Positions 8,514 through 18,751 of a stretch of DNA of 64,000 nt are shown piece after piece. This stretch comes from a virus: positions 16,033 to 80,032 of the IMG/VR virus record IMGVR_UViG_3300042884_001293. One strand, written 5' to 3'. Position 1 is the stretch's first letter, and each line of letters opens with the position of its first letter. The position numbers and the translations under genes were made by a program. The notes below the pieces were generated by a model. It did no database searches. It was not told where the DNA came from and saw nothing but the letters and a program-made list of their open reading frames with translations.

Positions 8514-11500
8514 ATGGCTGATGAAAATTATGCAATTAGAGTAAGTTTTGATGGCATCGACAAGGCGATCAGTGACATCAAAACTTTGCAATCTGCGATC
8601 GGTAATATCAAAGCACCCGTCTTAAATTTGGGCGGCGCGGATGCTTCTAACATAGCTGTCGCTGCACTAAAAAAACTACAGCTAGAAATAGACGCTTTAG
8701 AGAAGAAAAAGTCACAAAGCGGCGCAAATGACGCAACTAGATCGGCTGCTTTTATTTCGCAACTAGAGAGGCAAAAAGCAGCTAGCGCTGTACGGGTATC
8801 AGATGGCGCTGACAAAGAGGCGGCGCGAGTTGCACAAGAATTACTACGTTATAAACAGCAATTAGCAGCTATAGATGCAAAGCTGATTAATCCTGCTGAT
8901 ATTGCTAACGCTAAAGCTCTAGCGAGTGAGATCAATAAACTTAATCTAGAAAAAATCAAGAAAGGATTTGACGATGCTAGCCCTGTAACTTTTAATCAGT
9001 TCATTGGCGCTACTACCGAGAAAGCGCGAGATTTAGCTGAGCAACTACAAAATACATCGCAGACATTAGAACGGATTGGTACTACTTTCAATCAAGTTTC
9101 TAGTGCTGCTAATCAAGCTTTTTTGGCTTTTGATACTGCCAAAACTAAAGTAGCGACATTATCTACTCAATCTAACGCTTTTGCTAATACAGCTATCAAG
9201 CTATCAAAGGATTTAAACAATCAAGTAACCAGCACCGAAATATTAACAGCACAATACGAAATTCTATCTAGTGGATTTATTAATGCTGCTGATGCTTCAG
9301 AGATTGCCAGAGTATCGGTATTAGGTGCTAAGGCTGGTTTTACTGACACAGCTACGGTAGCTGATGCAACTACCTCAATTTTGAATGCCTATGGTTTAGC
9401 TGCTAGCGATGCTGCTAAGGTAGTAGACCAATTAGCAGTAGTCCAAGATAAAGGTAAAACTACAATCGGATTATTTGCTGGTCAGCTTGGTAAAGTTGCG
9501 CCAATTGCTGCAAGTGCGGGCGTAACACTAAACGAGTTAAACGCTGCCATAGCAAGCGTTACGATTAAAGGCGTTAAAACCGAGACTGCGGTTAGTGGTA
9601 TTAGACAGGCGATTGTCAACTTGGTCAAGCCCACGCAATCCGCACAAAAAGCATTGGAGGCTATTGGGATCACTAACGCTGCTACAACGCTTAAAACTGA
9701 AGGATTAACAGGTGTACTCAATCGATTAAAAGCGGCTGGCTTAACCACCAGTAGTCAGCTATCTAAAATCTTTACAGATATTGATGGTTTAACTGCTGTT
9801 GTCCCTTTACTTAACGACGACCTTAAGAACTTTAATGAGAATCTAGTAGCTGTTGGCAATGCTTCGGGCAAAGCGCAAACTGGTTTTGATGTTGTTGCTA
9901 AATCTGCTGAAGGAAAAATAACAACAGCAATCAACAAAATCAATGAAGCTTTAGTAAATTTAGGACGTGGTACACAAACAGCATTTGCGCCATTAATAGC
10001 GGTTGTAGGCGCGGCTGTTGATGTATTCAACCAATTACCCGCACCAATTCAAGTAGGTTTAGGCGCGATTATTGGACTAGCTGGCGGTATTGTTACATTA
10101 GGTGCGGCTCTTACAGCGATCGGCGCGGCGGCTCCAGCTTTTGTTGGGGGGTTAAAGTTATTTGGTGGGGCGGCTGGTATTGCAGCTTTTGGTGCTAATG
10201 CCCTCACCTTTGCGACTACCCTAGCTAGTAATGCCTTTACACTGCTAACCACTAAAGCGGGATTAGCGGCGATCGCTCAAGGGGCACTTGCTGTAGGTAC
10301 GGGAGTGCTAACAGGTGCGCTCACGGCTGCTAGTGTAGCGGCGTATGCACTGACAACGCCATTGGGGTTAATTGTTATTGCTGCGATTCCACTAATTGCA
10401 GTAGGTAAGCAATTATCAGCAGCTTTTAATGTTTCGGAATCGACAAAAAGCTTGCAGGATTACAAGCAAAAATTAGCAGAATTACAAGCGCTACGCGGTA
10501 AGCTAGCGTCACCTGAGCAAGCTACTGACGACGGATTAGGAAGACAAGGCGCAACATTTGATGTTTTTGGGGCGCAAAGGGGGCGACAAAAAGAAGTAAT
10601 TGCTTTTGCTGAAAATCAAAAGGAATATACCAAAGCCCTCGACGAATCACTCAACGTATTGAACAAATACGGTGTAGCCATTGACGCTACAGGGGCTAAA
10701 AATAGATTAGGTGCCGAAGGAGTAGCGAAATTTAATAAAGAAACCAAGGAGCAGGTTGAAAATATTGATTTAGCTATTAATTCCTTGAAAGCGCAAGCTC
10801 AAGGCGCTTCTGATAACCCTGCTTTACAAAAACTTCTAAACAATGAGATTGCAATATTCTCCAAACGCAAAAAACTTTTAGAAGATCGAATTGCTGCGGT
10901 AAATAGTACAGCAGCAAAGGAAGCATCAGCGATCGCTGAAGTAACCGATGAACAACGCAAGCAAGCTGAAAGAATCAGGGAAGCCCAAAACCAAGACGCT
11001 GAAAAAAATATCAAGCGATCCTTTGAAGACACCAAAGCCAAGCGCGATCGCGAGAATGCCAATGCAATCAAAGCAATTGAAGAAAAAAATGCACTCGCAA
11101 AAGGTGAGCTAGATCGCAAGCAAGCGCTAGAAACAGAGGCACTAAAGGAAAAGCAAGCCCTAGCTTTACAAGATAAGCAACGCGCATTTGACGACACTCA
11201 GAATGCCAAAAAACTACAACTTGAGGATGCTCTTGATGCCAAGAAACGTGCAAACGAGGAGAAACTAAACAAACTCAAGCAGGATTTTGATGACAAGCAA
11301 AATGCGCTTAAGGAACAGAGAGCAGAAAAGCAACGTAAGGATGACGAGTTGTTTGCAGCGCAACGCGCTCAACGTGACAAACAAGCGTCTGAGGCTTTGT
11401 CAAAAGCTAAGCAATTAATCAGTAATGAAGGCGCGATCGCTACTGCTAGCCCAGAAGATCGGGCTAGGATTGCAGCGCAAATCGAAGAAGAGAATCGCAT

Positions 11501-12467
11501 TAGAGCACAAGCAGCTACCCAAGGTCAGGGCGGGGTACAAAGTCAAGAACAGTTAGTTGCTCAAGCCAAGCAAATAGCTCAAGTATCCGCGATCGCTACG
11601 GGTGAAGAGCAGAAAAAAGTACAACTTGCATTGGACGAACTTGAGAAAGCCAACAAAGCCAAACAAGCAGAGATTGATAAAGCTGAAGATGCAAAACGCA
11701 CTGAAGCTAAGAGGGTTAGTGACAAGGCTTTTGAAGCTGAATTAAACGCTGCTAAGTTGGCTTTTGAAGCTGAGCAAAACACGGCTAAATTGAATTTTGA
11801 GAACACTGTACTCAGAACCGAAAAGCAGAAGATCGAAGCCGAATTGCAAGCTAGCAAATTAGCTTTCGAGAGAGGTGAACTTGCAGCAATTAAAAAGCAG
11901 CAAGCCGATGAAGAACGTGCTTTAAAACTACAGCAAACCAACGAGGACTTAGCACTCAGGAAAGCTGCTGATGCTGAGCTAGAGACGATTAAGTTAGCTC
12001 AAAAAGAGAAAGAGCTAGCGCTTGATCGGGCGTTTGAGGATCAGAAAATCGAACGCGAGAGAGTATTTAAAGAGCAACAAAGGGCGCTAGATAAAGCCAG
12101 TGCAATTGAGATACAACAAATCCTTGGTAAGTCTGCACAGCAAATTATTGATGCGATCGCTATCACTAAAGGCGGTACATCACTTAGCGCCGCTACTGGT
12201 GTTGGCGCTCCTAAAGTCCCAGCTTTTGCGAGTGGTGTTACAAACTTCCGCGGCGGTATGGCATTGGTAGGAGAACGAGGTGCTGAGCTTGTGACATTGC
12301 CTAGAGGCTCTAATGTCCTACCTGCAAATCAAACCAAGAACGTATTGAACAATTCAGGTGGCAACAAAACCTATAACGTAAACGTGACGACTGGCAGTGG
12401 CAATGCTACAGAGATCGCTTTGCAAATTCAGAGGGAGATGGCACGATCGGCGGCGTTGAGTATGTAG
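8514..12467 (+). CDS. tail tape measure protein
   Basis: TP901-type core (ILSSGFINAADASE...ATTSILNAYGL), hydrophobic Gly/Ala segment, long coiled coil, C-terminal GGMALVGERGAELVTLPRGSNVLP. ATG 8514 after gagggtg. Confidence 0.9.
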   Translation: MADENYAIRVSFDGIDKAISDIKTLQSAIGNIKAPVLNLGGADASNIAVAALKKLQLEIDALEKKKSQSGANDATRSAAFISQLERQKAASAVRVSDGADKEAARVAQELLRYKQQLAAIDAKLINPADIANAKALASEINKLNLEKIKKGFDDASPVTFNQFIGATTEKARDLAEQLQNTSQTLERIGTTFNQVSSAANQAFLAFDTAKTKVATLSTQSNAFANTAIKLSKDLNNQVTSTEILTAQYEILSSGFINAADASEIARVSVLGAKAGFTDTATVADATTSILNAYGLAASDAAKVVDQLAVVQDKGKTTIGLFAGQLGKVAPIAASAGVTLNELNAAIASVTIKGVKTETAVSGIRQAIVNLVKPTQSAQKALEAIGITNAATTLKTEGLTGVLNRLKAAGLTTSSQLSKIFTDIDGLTAVVPLLNDDLKNFNENLVAVGNASGKAQTGFDVVAKSAEGKITTAINKINEALVNLGRGTQTAFAPLIAVVGAAVDVFNQLPAPIQVGLGAIIGLAGGIVTLGAALTAIGAAAPAFVGGLKLFGGAAGIAAFGANALTFATTLASNAFTLLTTKAGLAAIAQGALAVGTGVLTGALTAASVAAYALTTPLGLIVIAAIPLIAVGKQLSAAFNVSESTKSLQDYKQKLAELQALRGKLASPEQATDDGLGRQGATFDVFGAQRGRQKEVIAFAENQKEYTKALDESLNVLNKYGVAIDATGAKNRLGAEGVAKFNKETKEQVENIDLAINSLKAQAQGASDNPALQKLLNNEIAIFSKRKKLLEDRIAAVNSTAAKEASAIAEVTDEQRKQAERIREAQNQDAEKNIKRSFEDTKAKRDRENANAIKAIEEKNALAKGELDRKQALETEALKEKQALALQDKQRAFDDTQNAKKLQLEDALDAKKRANEEKLNKLKQDFDDKQNALKEQRAEKQRKDDELFAAQRAQRDKQASEALSKAKQLISNEGAIATASPEDRARIAAQIEEENRIRAQAATQGQGGVQSQEQLVAQAKQIAQVSAIATGEEQKKVQLALDELEKANKAKQAEIDKAEDAKRTEAKRVSDKAFEAELNAAKLAFEAEQNTAKLNFENTVLRTEKQKIEAELQASKLAFERGELAAIKKQQADEERALKLQQTNEDLALRKAADAELETIKLAQKEKELALDRAFEDQKIERERVFKEQQRALDKASAIEIQQILGKSAQQIIDAIAITKGGTSLSAATGVGAPKVPAFASGVTNFRGGMALVGERGAELVTLPRGSNVLPANQTKNVLNNSGGNKTYNVNVTTGSGNATEIALQIQREMARSAALSM

Positions 12468-12469
12468 AA

Positions 12470-12952
12470 TTAGCCGCCACTACAAATCTTGAATACGGTT
12501 GTAATAGAAACATTGTAATCACTGGCTATGGTTCTATGTATCTCATTGTTAGATCGGCGTGTTTTAATGTCATCTATATCAGATTCTGTCAGCTTATAAT
12601 GTCTTGCGTGTTGTATTGGAGGCGCATCGTTGTTTACATAAGCAAGATTTGAAGCATGATCGTTTAACTTGTTTCCATCAAGATGAATTAGTTTAGGTAA
12701 ATTATCAGGGTTGCTAACAAAAGCTTGTGCAACTAAAAACGAAATCAAATGATGCTCACGCTTCTCCCCCGCCAACAGTATCACTGCATAAGCCTTACAA
12801 CCTTTATTGTAAACAGGCTTTCTAATGGATTCTTGGATTGTGCGTGTAGAGCCATTTTTTGATGCCACTTGCCGCTCTACACTTTTTATCCGACCATAGT
12901 TTGATACTTGATAATGCCCTTCAAAACCTTTGATATCAGTCCAAACTTCCAT
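12470..12952 (-). CDS. HNH homing endonuclease (NUMOD4 + HNH_3 + C-terminal HTH)
   Basis: WTDIKGFEGHYQVSNYGRIKS, HHLISFLVAQAF...IHLDGNKLNDHASNL, C-terminal IASDYNVSITTVFKI. Confidence 0.85.
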   Translation of the reverse strand: MEVWTDIKGFEGHYQVSNYGRIKSVERQVASKNGSTRTIQESIRKPVYNKGCKAYAVILLAGEKREHHLISFLVAQAFVSNPDNLPKLIHLDGNKLNDHASNLAYVNNDAPPIQHARHYKLTESDIDDIKTRRSNNEIHRTIASDYNVSITTVFKICSGG

Positions 12953-13044
12953 ACGGTTTTAATGAAAATGAATTATGTGATAATAATATCACATAATTCA
13001 GTCGAAAGAAGCATTAATTAAATCTATGGCGCTGAGTATGTAAA

Positions 13045-13245
13045 CTAATCATTAAAGAGATCTGAGAGATCTATAACTTTTCCTAATCTATTCAAACAAC
13101 CTTTGCGACCTCGACTGATAGCGATCTGGCAACACCTTGTATAATGCAAATCCTTATTAGATACAGATATATGCCGATTGCGGTCGGCAGACAGAGATAT
13201 ATTACCGTTAGTTTCTTGAGCGCCGCAAATATCGCAAACTTGCAT
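13045..13245 (-). CDS. hypothetical protein
   Basis: 66-aa ORF; weak support. Confidence 0.3.
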   Translation of the reverse strand: MQVCDICGAQETNGNISLSADRNRHISVSNKDLHYTRCCQIAISRGRKGCLNRLGKVIDLSDLFND

Positions 13246-13315
13246 AATCTTGTTTTGATAGGTTGGTTAATTATTGCAAGTATTTCGCAGGTTTTTGTAT
13301 AGGAAATTACGCAAC

Positions 13316-13347
13316 AAAAAGCCGACCAACAAGCGATCGGCTTTTTT
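13316..13347 (-). terminator. candidate intrinsic terminator
   Basis: aaaaagccga-loop-tcggctttttt hairpin downstream of the 13407 gene end. Confidence 0.45.
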
Positions 13348-13406
13348 GTTGCAAGGGGCTGACTCAACGCTAATAATAGGGTTTAACCTTGCCTTGTGAT
13401 TTTAGC

Positions 13407-14081
13407 TTAGGCGGCTGTATATTTTATTCTGTCTATCATGGGCAAAGAATTGTAGCGATCCTGATAAACAGGGCTTTGAGGGAAATAAAAATACAATTCA
13501 TTCTCAAAAAGTTTTTCAACTTCTTGCCTATAATTTCCCATAAAGTCTTGCAATTTATAGCTAATCCATCCGTATTTAAAGCCCTTGCTTTGTTGTATTA
13601 AGGTTAAGCGATCTTTCTCAGTTAAAATCCTTTTGTTTACGGTTTCAACCTTGCTTTTAATTTCACTAGGGATTTCATTACCTCTAATATAAAATTTTGA
13701 CAAAGAAATGCTTGCAAAGGCTTGACCACTTGGAGAATAAGTGGATTGAGGCGAATCAATAAACGATAATCCACCATGATAAAATCCGCCATAAAATCTT
13801 TGATGTGGAATATTTTTATAAACATCAAAATGATGATCATCTTGCAAATAGCCGCTATGCCATAAACGCCCTAAATTTTTAGCGGTTATAAAACTACAAT
13901 GATTTTCGAGTACTGAATAAAAATCAGTACATGAATCTTCACAGCCATGATGATGGACAATAAAATCGGTTAACCCTAATATACCAACGGGGAGTATATC
14001 ATCAGCTATAGTTATACGCAAAAGAGAAGAGATATCTTTAGCGTAAACAGGTAAAGATATCGTTTTAGTTTTTATCAACAT
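13407..14081 (-). CDS. hypothetical protein
   Basis: 224-aa His/Tyr-rich AT-rich ORF; no family recognised. Confidence 0.5.
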   Translation of the reverse strand: MLIKTKTISLPVYAKDISSLLRITIADDILPVGILGLTDFIVHHHGCEDSCTDFYSVLENHCSFITAKNLGRLWHSGYLQDDHHFDVYKNIPHQRFYGGFYHGGLSFIDSPQSTYSPSGQAFASISLSKFYIRGNEIPSEIKSKVETVNKRILTEKDRLTLIQQSKGFKYGWISYKLQDFMGNYRQEVEKLFENELYFYFPQSPVYQDRYNSLPMIDRIKYTAA

Positions 14082-14346
14082 CCCAATCCTCAGTTTTAAT
14101 CACATCAACAATCGCACCAAAGCCAGCCATGACATCAACAAAATTACTTTCTGGAGTCCAGAAAACACGTTTTTCATGGCAATGCAAGCACCATTTACCG
14201 CCGATCCTTTTCCTATACCATTGCTGATTAAAAAGAAATTGCTCCCAAACGCATTGGAAATCTTGAGAGATGCGAAACCATAGCAGGGCTAAAATCTCGC
14301 TGTATTTAGAGTCGAAGATAGAAAATTCTTGTGTATTGTTACTCAT
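14065..14346 (-). CDS. hypothetical protein
   Basis: 93-aa Trp-rich ORF overlapping the downstream gene. Confidence 0.5.
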   Translation of the reverse strand: MSNNTQEFSIFDSKYSEILALLWFRISQDFQCVWEQFLFNQQWYRKRIGGKWCLHCHEKRVFWTPESNFVDVMAGFGAIVDVIKTEDWDVDKN

Positions 14347-14366
14347 GTTTACTCCTTAATATTTAC

Positions 14367-14552
14367 TCAATCCCGAATCAACCGCCCCTCTAACTCAGGA
14401 TAATACTCACGGATCAAGCGCTTGGTTAATGCGCTCGTATCGATAGGGAACGGGTTGCACACTTTGGGTTTTGGGCTTGCCCTTGGTACGCATTTGGTGA
14501 TGTCAAATTGCTCCATACTATTCACCAATCCATTTTTGGCGATTACTGTCAT
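14367..14552 (-). CDS. hypothetical protein
   Basis: 61-aa ORF in operon context. Confidence 0.35.
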   Translation of the reverse strand: MTVIAKNGLVNSMEQFDITKCVPRASPKPKVCNPFPIDTSALTKRLIREYYPELEGRLIRD

Positions 14553-14949
14553 TGACCAATCGCTCTTGAAATTTCTTGTTACGGGTTAGCTCGTAAGCAT
14601 AAAGTGCGATATGCGCTTTATGCAAATTGCTATACAAACTTAGTTCTTCGATTTCATCTTCGATCATTGATTTAAAAGATTGAGAAAGTTCTTTTTCTGA
14701 TTTTTCTTCATCCAAATAAGGGATAAGAAATTTTAGATCTGGCTGGTTGGCAGCAAATAATACTAAAGCTTGAAGGATTTCTATAGACTCAGGGTTATTC
14801 CCTCGCTCATTTCTAAAGCTTGCGACTTTACTCGCAGCTTTTTTTGACTCAAGCCAAATTGCTTGTATGCCAAACTCTCCTTGCAAAGCCTCCTTTCTTA
14901 GACTGTCTAAGAAAGATTTAAAATCTTGTTCGTCTTTAGGTGTATCCAT
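14518..14949 (-). CDS. hypothetical protein
   Basis: 143-aa helical-looking ORF. Confidence 0.5.
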   Translation of the reverse strand: MDTPKDEQDFKSFLDSLRKEALQGEFGIQAIWLESKKAASKVASFRNERGNNPESIEILQALVLFAANQPDLKFLIPYLDEEKSEKELSQSFKSMIEDEIEELSLYSNLHKAHIALYAYELTRNKKFQERLVNDSNRQKWIGE

Positions 14950-15047
14950 TTTTCTCCTTTGATTTATATTAATGCTGATTGTTCGTCCTTCTCAACTCAG
15001 GCAACAAATTGATCGCAGTGTCATAAGCCATCTGTACATTATCAATG

Positions 15048-15686
15048 TTATTCACCATTAATATTGCAAGCTTTAGCAGCACAGAAATACATAGAATCAG
15101 AATATTTTGCAGCTTCTGAATGCTCAGCAATATATGCAGATTCGTGATAATCGCCATAGCCAAGAACAAGAGTTATTTCAAATTCTTTAGCGCCTGTAAT
15201 TTCTGCCCAGTCGCAAAACTCAGAAAGGTGTCTAATATATTGGCTTGTAGTTTCGATATCAAATTGAGCATGAGATTTGTCCTCATGACTAAAGCTCAAA
15301 TAGGTAAGCTCATCAACAGCACTAAGGAATGCGTCAACTACAGCGTCTTTAGCCAGTTTCAGGACTTGGTAATCATCTTTGGTTAACTCTAGCTGATGAA
15401 TAGGACGGGGGAACCTATAGAACTTGTCACCAATAATGCAAACTTTAATTTCAAGCCCAGAGATGTTATTTTCAATTTGATACTTTTGAACTTGATCGCG
15501 AAACTCATGATAACAACCAACCTCAAATAATCTTTGCGCCCCCAAAATAGAGCCTAGTGGTGTTTGCTTTGCAATTTCATCGGCATTATCAGGCATAGGG
15601 AATGTGCCCTGACCTTTGACGCAAGCCATTCTCTCTATTTCTAGAATTTTAGTTAGCTCTTCAGTTGTGTAAACTTTGTCAAACAT
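15048..15686 (-). CDS. hypothetical protein
   Basis: 212-aa ORF abutting the antirepressor gene. Confidence 0.5.
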   Translation of the reverse strand: MFDKVYTTEELTKILEIERMACVKGQGTFPMPDNADEIAKQTPLGSILGAQRLFEVGCYHEFRDQVQKYQIENNISGLEIKVCIIGDKFYRFPRPIHQLELTKDDYQVLKLAKDAVVDAFLSAVDELTYLSFSHEDKSHAQFDIETTSQYIRHLSEFCDWAEITGAKEFEITLVLGYGDYHESAYIAEHSEAAKYSDSMYFCAAKACNINGE

Positions 15687-15688
15687 AA

Positions 15689-16549
15689 CTAAGCCCTCTT
15701 CATCGCTACGATTTTGTCAGAATCAAAGTTAAATCGATACTGCTTATCCCTTGGGATAACTTGATGTTTACGCAATAGGTCAAGAATGCGATCCAATCCC
15801 TTCCAAGAGAATACAGGGCTAAATCTCATGCGTCCATCAAAACATTGACCATCACGAATCGTAGCAAGCCCTTCATTTTGCCAACTGGCATAAGGTAAAT
15901 TAGTGCCATCGCTATTAAATAGTACTTTCTCCTTACGCAAAATGTCGTAAAGCTTGCGAACAGAAAACTTGGAAATATTCAACTGCTTAACAATCTCTTC
16001 CCCAGTCATCCATCCATCGGTAGCCAAAATCAAATCATAGCGATCGACTTTTGGTTCTAAAGTCTGTACTTCGATTTCTAGGGATTGATTGGCGGCGATC
16101 AATTTCTGGTTAGCTTCAGCAAGTACCTTTTTATCTTTCTCAGATTGTAGATGTGCCTCTAGAGCCTCAATATAGTTTTGAGGTAGTGCGGGTTGAGATG
16201 GGGCTAACTCATACTTGCCAGTTTTGCGGATGATTGGCAAGATTTGCTCACATACCCAATCCTGAAAAGGTTCAGCTTGAGGTTTGCGAGATTTCATGGT
16301 TAAGCGGTACAAACCAGACTCTGAAACCGCTAAAAGCCTTGTGGTGTCTGGATCATCACTTGAAGTTATACCCATCTCATGCAAATTTAAAACTTGCTTT
16401 TCGCGATCTTTTAATGGGTTACAAGCCTTGCTGACATTCCTTATATCTAAAATGTCACATACGTCCTGAGCGACAAACCAAGGCTCGTTATTAATGGAAA
16501 CAATACGAACCTGTTGAGAATTAAATGCAAATTGAGTTAAACTTGTCAT
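15689..16549 (-). CDS. Bro-N / KilAC-type phage antirepressor
   Basis: N-terminus FAFNSQQVRIVSINNEPWFVAQDVCDILDIRN (Bro-N); C-terminal DRYDLILATDGWMTGEEIVKQL (KilAC/ANT-like). Confidence 0.8.
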   Translation of the reverse strand: MTSLTQFAFNSQQVRIVSINNEPWFVAQDVCDILDIRNVSKACNPLKDREKQVLNLHEMGITSSDDPDTTRLLAVSESGLYRLTMKSRKPQAEPFQDWVCEQILPIIRKTGKYELAPSQPALPQNYIEALEAHLQSEKDKKVLAEANQKLIAANQSLEIEVQTLEPKVDRYDLILATDGWMTGEEIVKQLNISKFSVRKLYDILRKEKVLFNSDGTNLPYASWQNEGLATIRDGQCFDGRMRFSPVFSWKGLDRILDLLRKHQVIPRDKQYRFNFDSDKIVAMKRA

Positions 16550-16610
16550 ATTGACCTGCGATTAATGGATAAGGTTGATCACGCGATCGGGACTAGCATC
16601 CGCGATCGCA

Positions 16611-16823
16611 TTAATATTTTACTACTTTTTTAGCTCTTGATTCCGCTTGCTTCAGTCGCATGTATAGCTTGCCATCATCCGTTTTAAGCCAACAGGCGCG
16701 GCAAATAGTGAGAGGTGAATCTGATCTGAGTTGGCGATCGCATTGCGTACAGTAGTAGCGGAGTTTGTCTGCTGTACGCCTTAGATATGCGGCGCGATCT
16801 ATTTCGGCGCGTGATTTAGGCAT
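16611..16823 (-). CDS. small zinc-ribbon protein
   Basis: ATG 16823 overlaps the upstream stop; CTQC...CRAC pattern. Confidence 0.45.
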   Translation of the reverse strand: MPKSRAEIDRAAYLRRTADKLRYYCTQCDRQLRSDSPLTICRACWLKTDDGKLYMRLKQAESRAKKVVKY

Positions 16824-17211
16824 TTTTATTAGTAAAAACATTTTCGTATTCACGTTTGAGAATATGCGGAAACATATTTTTATAGGCATATTCAGCACTT
16901 GCACTTGGATTCTTTGCAATGAGTTCTTTTCTCATGCGATGAATATCTTCCCAACTTAGATCATCATCGTCATCATCGTCATCATCGTATGATTGATCTG
17001 TAATCTTTTCTAACTCAATAGCAGCAATCTTTTTTGCTTGTTTCTCCGCAAAATCTTGAGCGTCATATTTTGATTTAAACGAGTTATCTTCAAAATCTGT
17101 AGATGGGATGTTATTGGTATAAATAAACCAGTTCCCATCATCAGACTCAATATAAACGTGTATAGAGTCATTGATTTTGGCATGTACTGAGCTAATCCAT
17201 TTAATAGTCAT
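16816..17211 (-). CDS. acidic protein with poly-Asp tract
   Basis: 131 aa with a D9 run. Shares a DDxxW...F-K-x(5)-A-x-x-FAE module with the next gene. Confidence 0.5.
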   Translation of the reverse strand: MTIKWISSVHAKINDSIHVYIESDDGNWFIYTNNIPSTDFEDNSFKSKYDAQDFAEKQAKKIAAIELEKITDQSYDDDDDDDDDLSWEDIHRMRKELIAKNPSASAEYAYKNMFPHILKREYENVFTNKNA

Positions 17212-17284
17212 TGTGTTTTTCCTTGTTTAGTTGATGTGTAGAAAGGGGCGCTACTCCCTTATGTGCGCTTAACGCGCTTAGTGA

Positions 17285-17743
17285 TTAAACGGCTTGCATA
17301 AACCAGTCTTCACCTAGTTCATAAAGCCAGTCAGTAGCGGCACTCAATTCAAACTTAATTGCGTTGGCGATCGCGCCGTAGATAAATGTTGTACCGAATA
17401 CTTGAGTGATTGCTTCGCCTTGGTCATTAGCGACAATGTAGCCAGTGATTGTGTCTTCTACGGCTTCGCTCTTAGCGATTTCATCTTGGCAGTGTTCAAA
17501 GTATTCTGCGAAGTCTTCAGCAAATGCTTTTGCTTCGGTCAATGTTTTAAATCCGTTAGCAGGGTGATTGTCCATGTCATCTGAATTATGGTCTTCTGCG
17601 AAAACGTTCCAGCGATTATCGTCTTTGGTGATTGAGATAATGTAGCCTTGGTCATCAGTGGGGCTTATTGCGTTCATTTCGTAGTAGCATCCGTTCTTAA
17701 CCCAGTGTCCGCGCCCTTCAGATGTCTTGTAAGTAGTAGCCAT
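17285..17743 (-). CDS. hypothetical acidic protein (paralogous module to 16816-17211)
   Basis: ATG 17743 after agaggg; DDNRWNVF...GFKTLTEAKAFAEDFAEYF. Confidence 0.5.
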   Translation of the reverse strand: MATTYKTSEGRGHWVKNGCYYEMNAISPTDDQGYIISITKDDNRWNVFAEDHNSDDMDNHPANGFKTLTEAKAFAEDFAEYFEHCQDEIAKSEAVEDTITGYIVANDQGEAITQVFGTTFIYGAIANAIKFELSAATDWLYELGEDWFMQAV

Positions 17744-18019
17744 TGCCTTTGCCCTCTGTGTTTTTCGGTATAACCTATTATTGATCGATACCATGTATTT
17801 GTCAACTACTATTTACAACTAATTTAGGTGCAAAAAAAAAGACGACCTCGCGATCGCCTTCAAATTCTCAAAAAATCATTAACAAATCCACAAATCAAAA
17901 ATAATCGGCTTTTCGGTTCTCCTTAGCTCTTTAGAATCTAGATCAATCGAAATTTAACGCAATCAAAATGTAGCATAGATTGATGTGCGATAATTAGCAC
18001 AATAATCCCCTGACTCACA

Positions 18020-18751
18020 ATGGCGATCGGCGATCTCACACTCGTATATTTTGGGCGTAGCTACACATTTACTTTTTCAGGTAGCGCCATAACTCCTTTA
18101 CTGCAAGTATTTGCGGTTGATGATGTTGTGCGGTTTACCACTACAGGCACATTGCCAACGGGACTAGCATTAAATACTAGCTATTATGTGGTCAGTGTAG
18201 GCTCGACTATTACCGTATCAGCTACGCAGGGGGGATCAGCTATAAGTCTTAGCGGTGGAAGTGGTACGCACTCGATCCGCGTTTATCTGAGTGTTGTATT
18301 CAGGAATTTTAGTTCTGATTCTCCCCCGCCCCGCCAAAGTTCTCGGTTATCAGGAAATGGGACTTTTAGCGTAAACGGAAATTTCATCGATACGGGCATT
18401 AGTTTTGAAGATCCGCAACAATACAATATTCAAGCAAAAGTTAGTATCGCTGATTCACTAAAGTTAAGCGCAATGTGGTCTACAGCTAATAATATACGGC
18501 GTGCTCAGACTCTAACAGGTTCGCCATACTTAGAGTTGACTGACGAAATCACACTGTATTTTGAAGAGGGGAAAACATCGTCAACTAAAACCCGTTCATC
18601 TGTTGGCATTCCCTTCCAGCGAAACGGCGGGGTAAATTATTACCCTAAGTTACAGGTAAAAATGCCTATTGAGCCAACGTTTAGCCCTGATACGGGGGTT
18701 GGTAATATTACCGCGATCGTTGAGTTGCAAGAGACGGGGGTTAAGATCTAA
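18020..18751 (+). CDS. tail protein (distal tail protein position)
   Basis: 243-aa beta-rich ORF that resumes the plus-strand tail operon after the island. Confidence 0.45.
   Translation: MAIGDLTLVYFGRSYTFTFSGSAITPLLQVFAVDDVVRFTTTGTLPTGLALNTSYYVVSVGSTITVSATQGGSAISLSGGSGTHSIRVYLSVVFRNFSSDSPPPRQSSRLSGNGTFSVNGNFIDTGISFEDPQQYNIQAKVSIADSLKLSAMWSTANNIRRAQTLTGSPYLELTDEITLYFEEGKTSSTKTRSSVGIPFQRNGGVNYYPKLQVKMPIEPTFSPDTGVGNITAIVELQETGVKI

Noticed and set aside
8528-11941. Several 60-130 aa minus-strand ORFs inside the tape measure gene (8528-8815, 9482-9748, 9755-10030, 10049-10252, 10799-11197, 11068-11253, 11579-11941).
   Set aside because: They are antisense shadows of an Ala/Leu/Lys/Glu-rich gene. 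Their products are low-complexity, and they have no RBS or operon logic.
12470-12952. HNH gene as an intron- or intein-encoded endonuclease splitting the tape measure gene.
   Set aside because: The tape measure ORF ends with its normal conserved C-terminal motif and a stop at 12467. The HNH gene is on the opposite strand and free-standing.
16959-16990. GAT/GAC-rich microsatellite.
   Set aside because: It is in frame and encodes a poly-Asp run in an acidic protein. The codon mixture (gat/gac interleaved) argues against a pure slippage tract.
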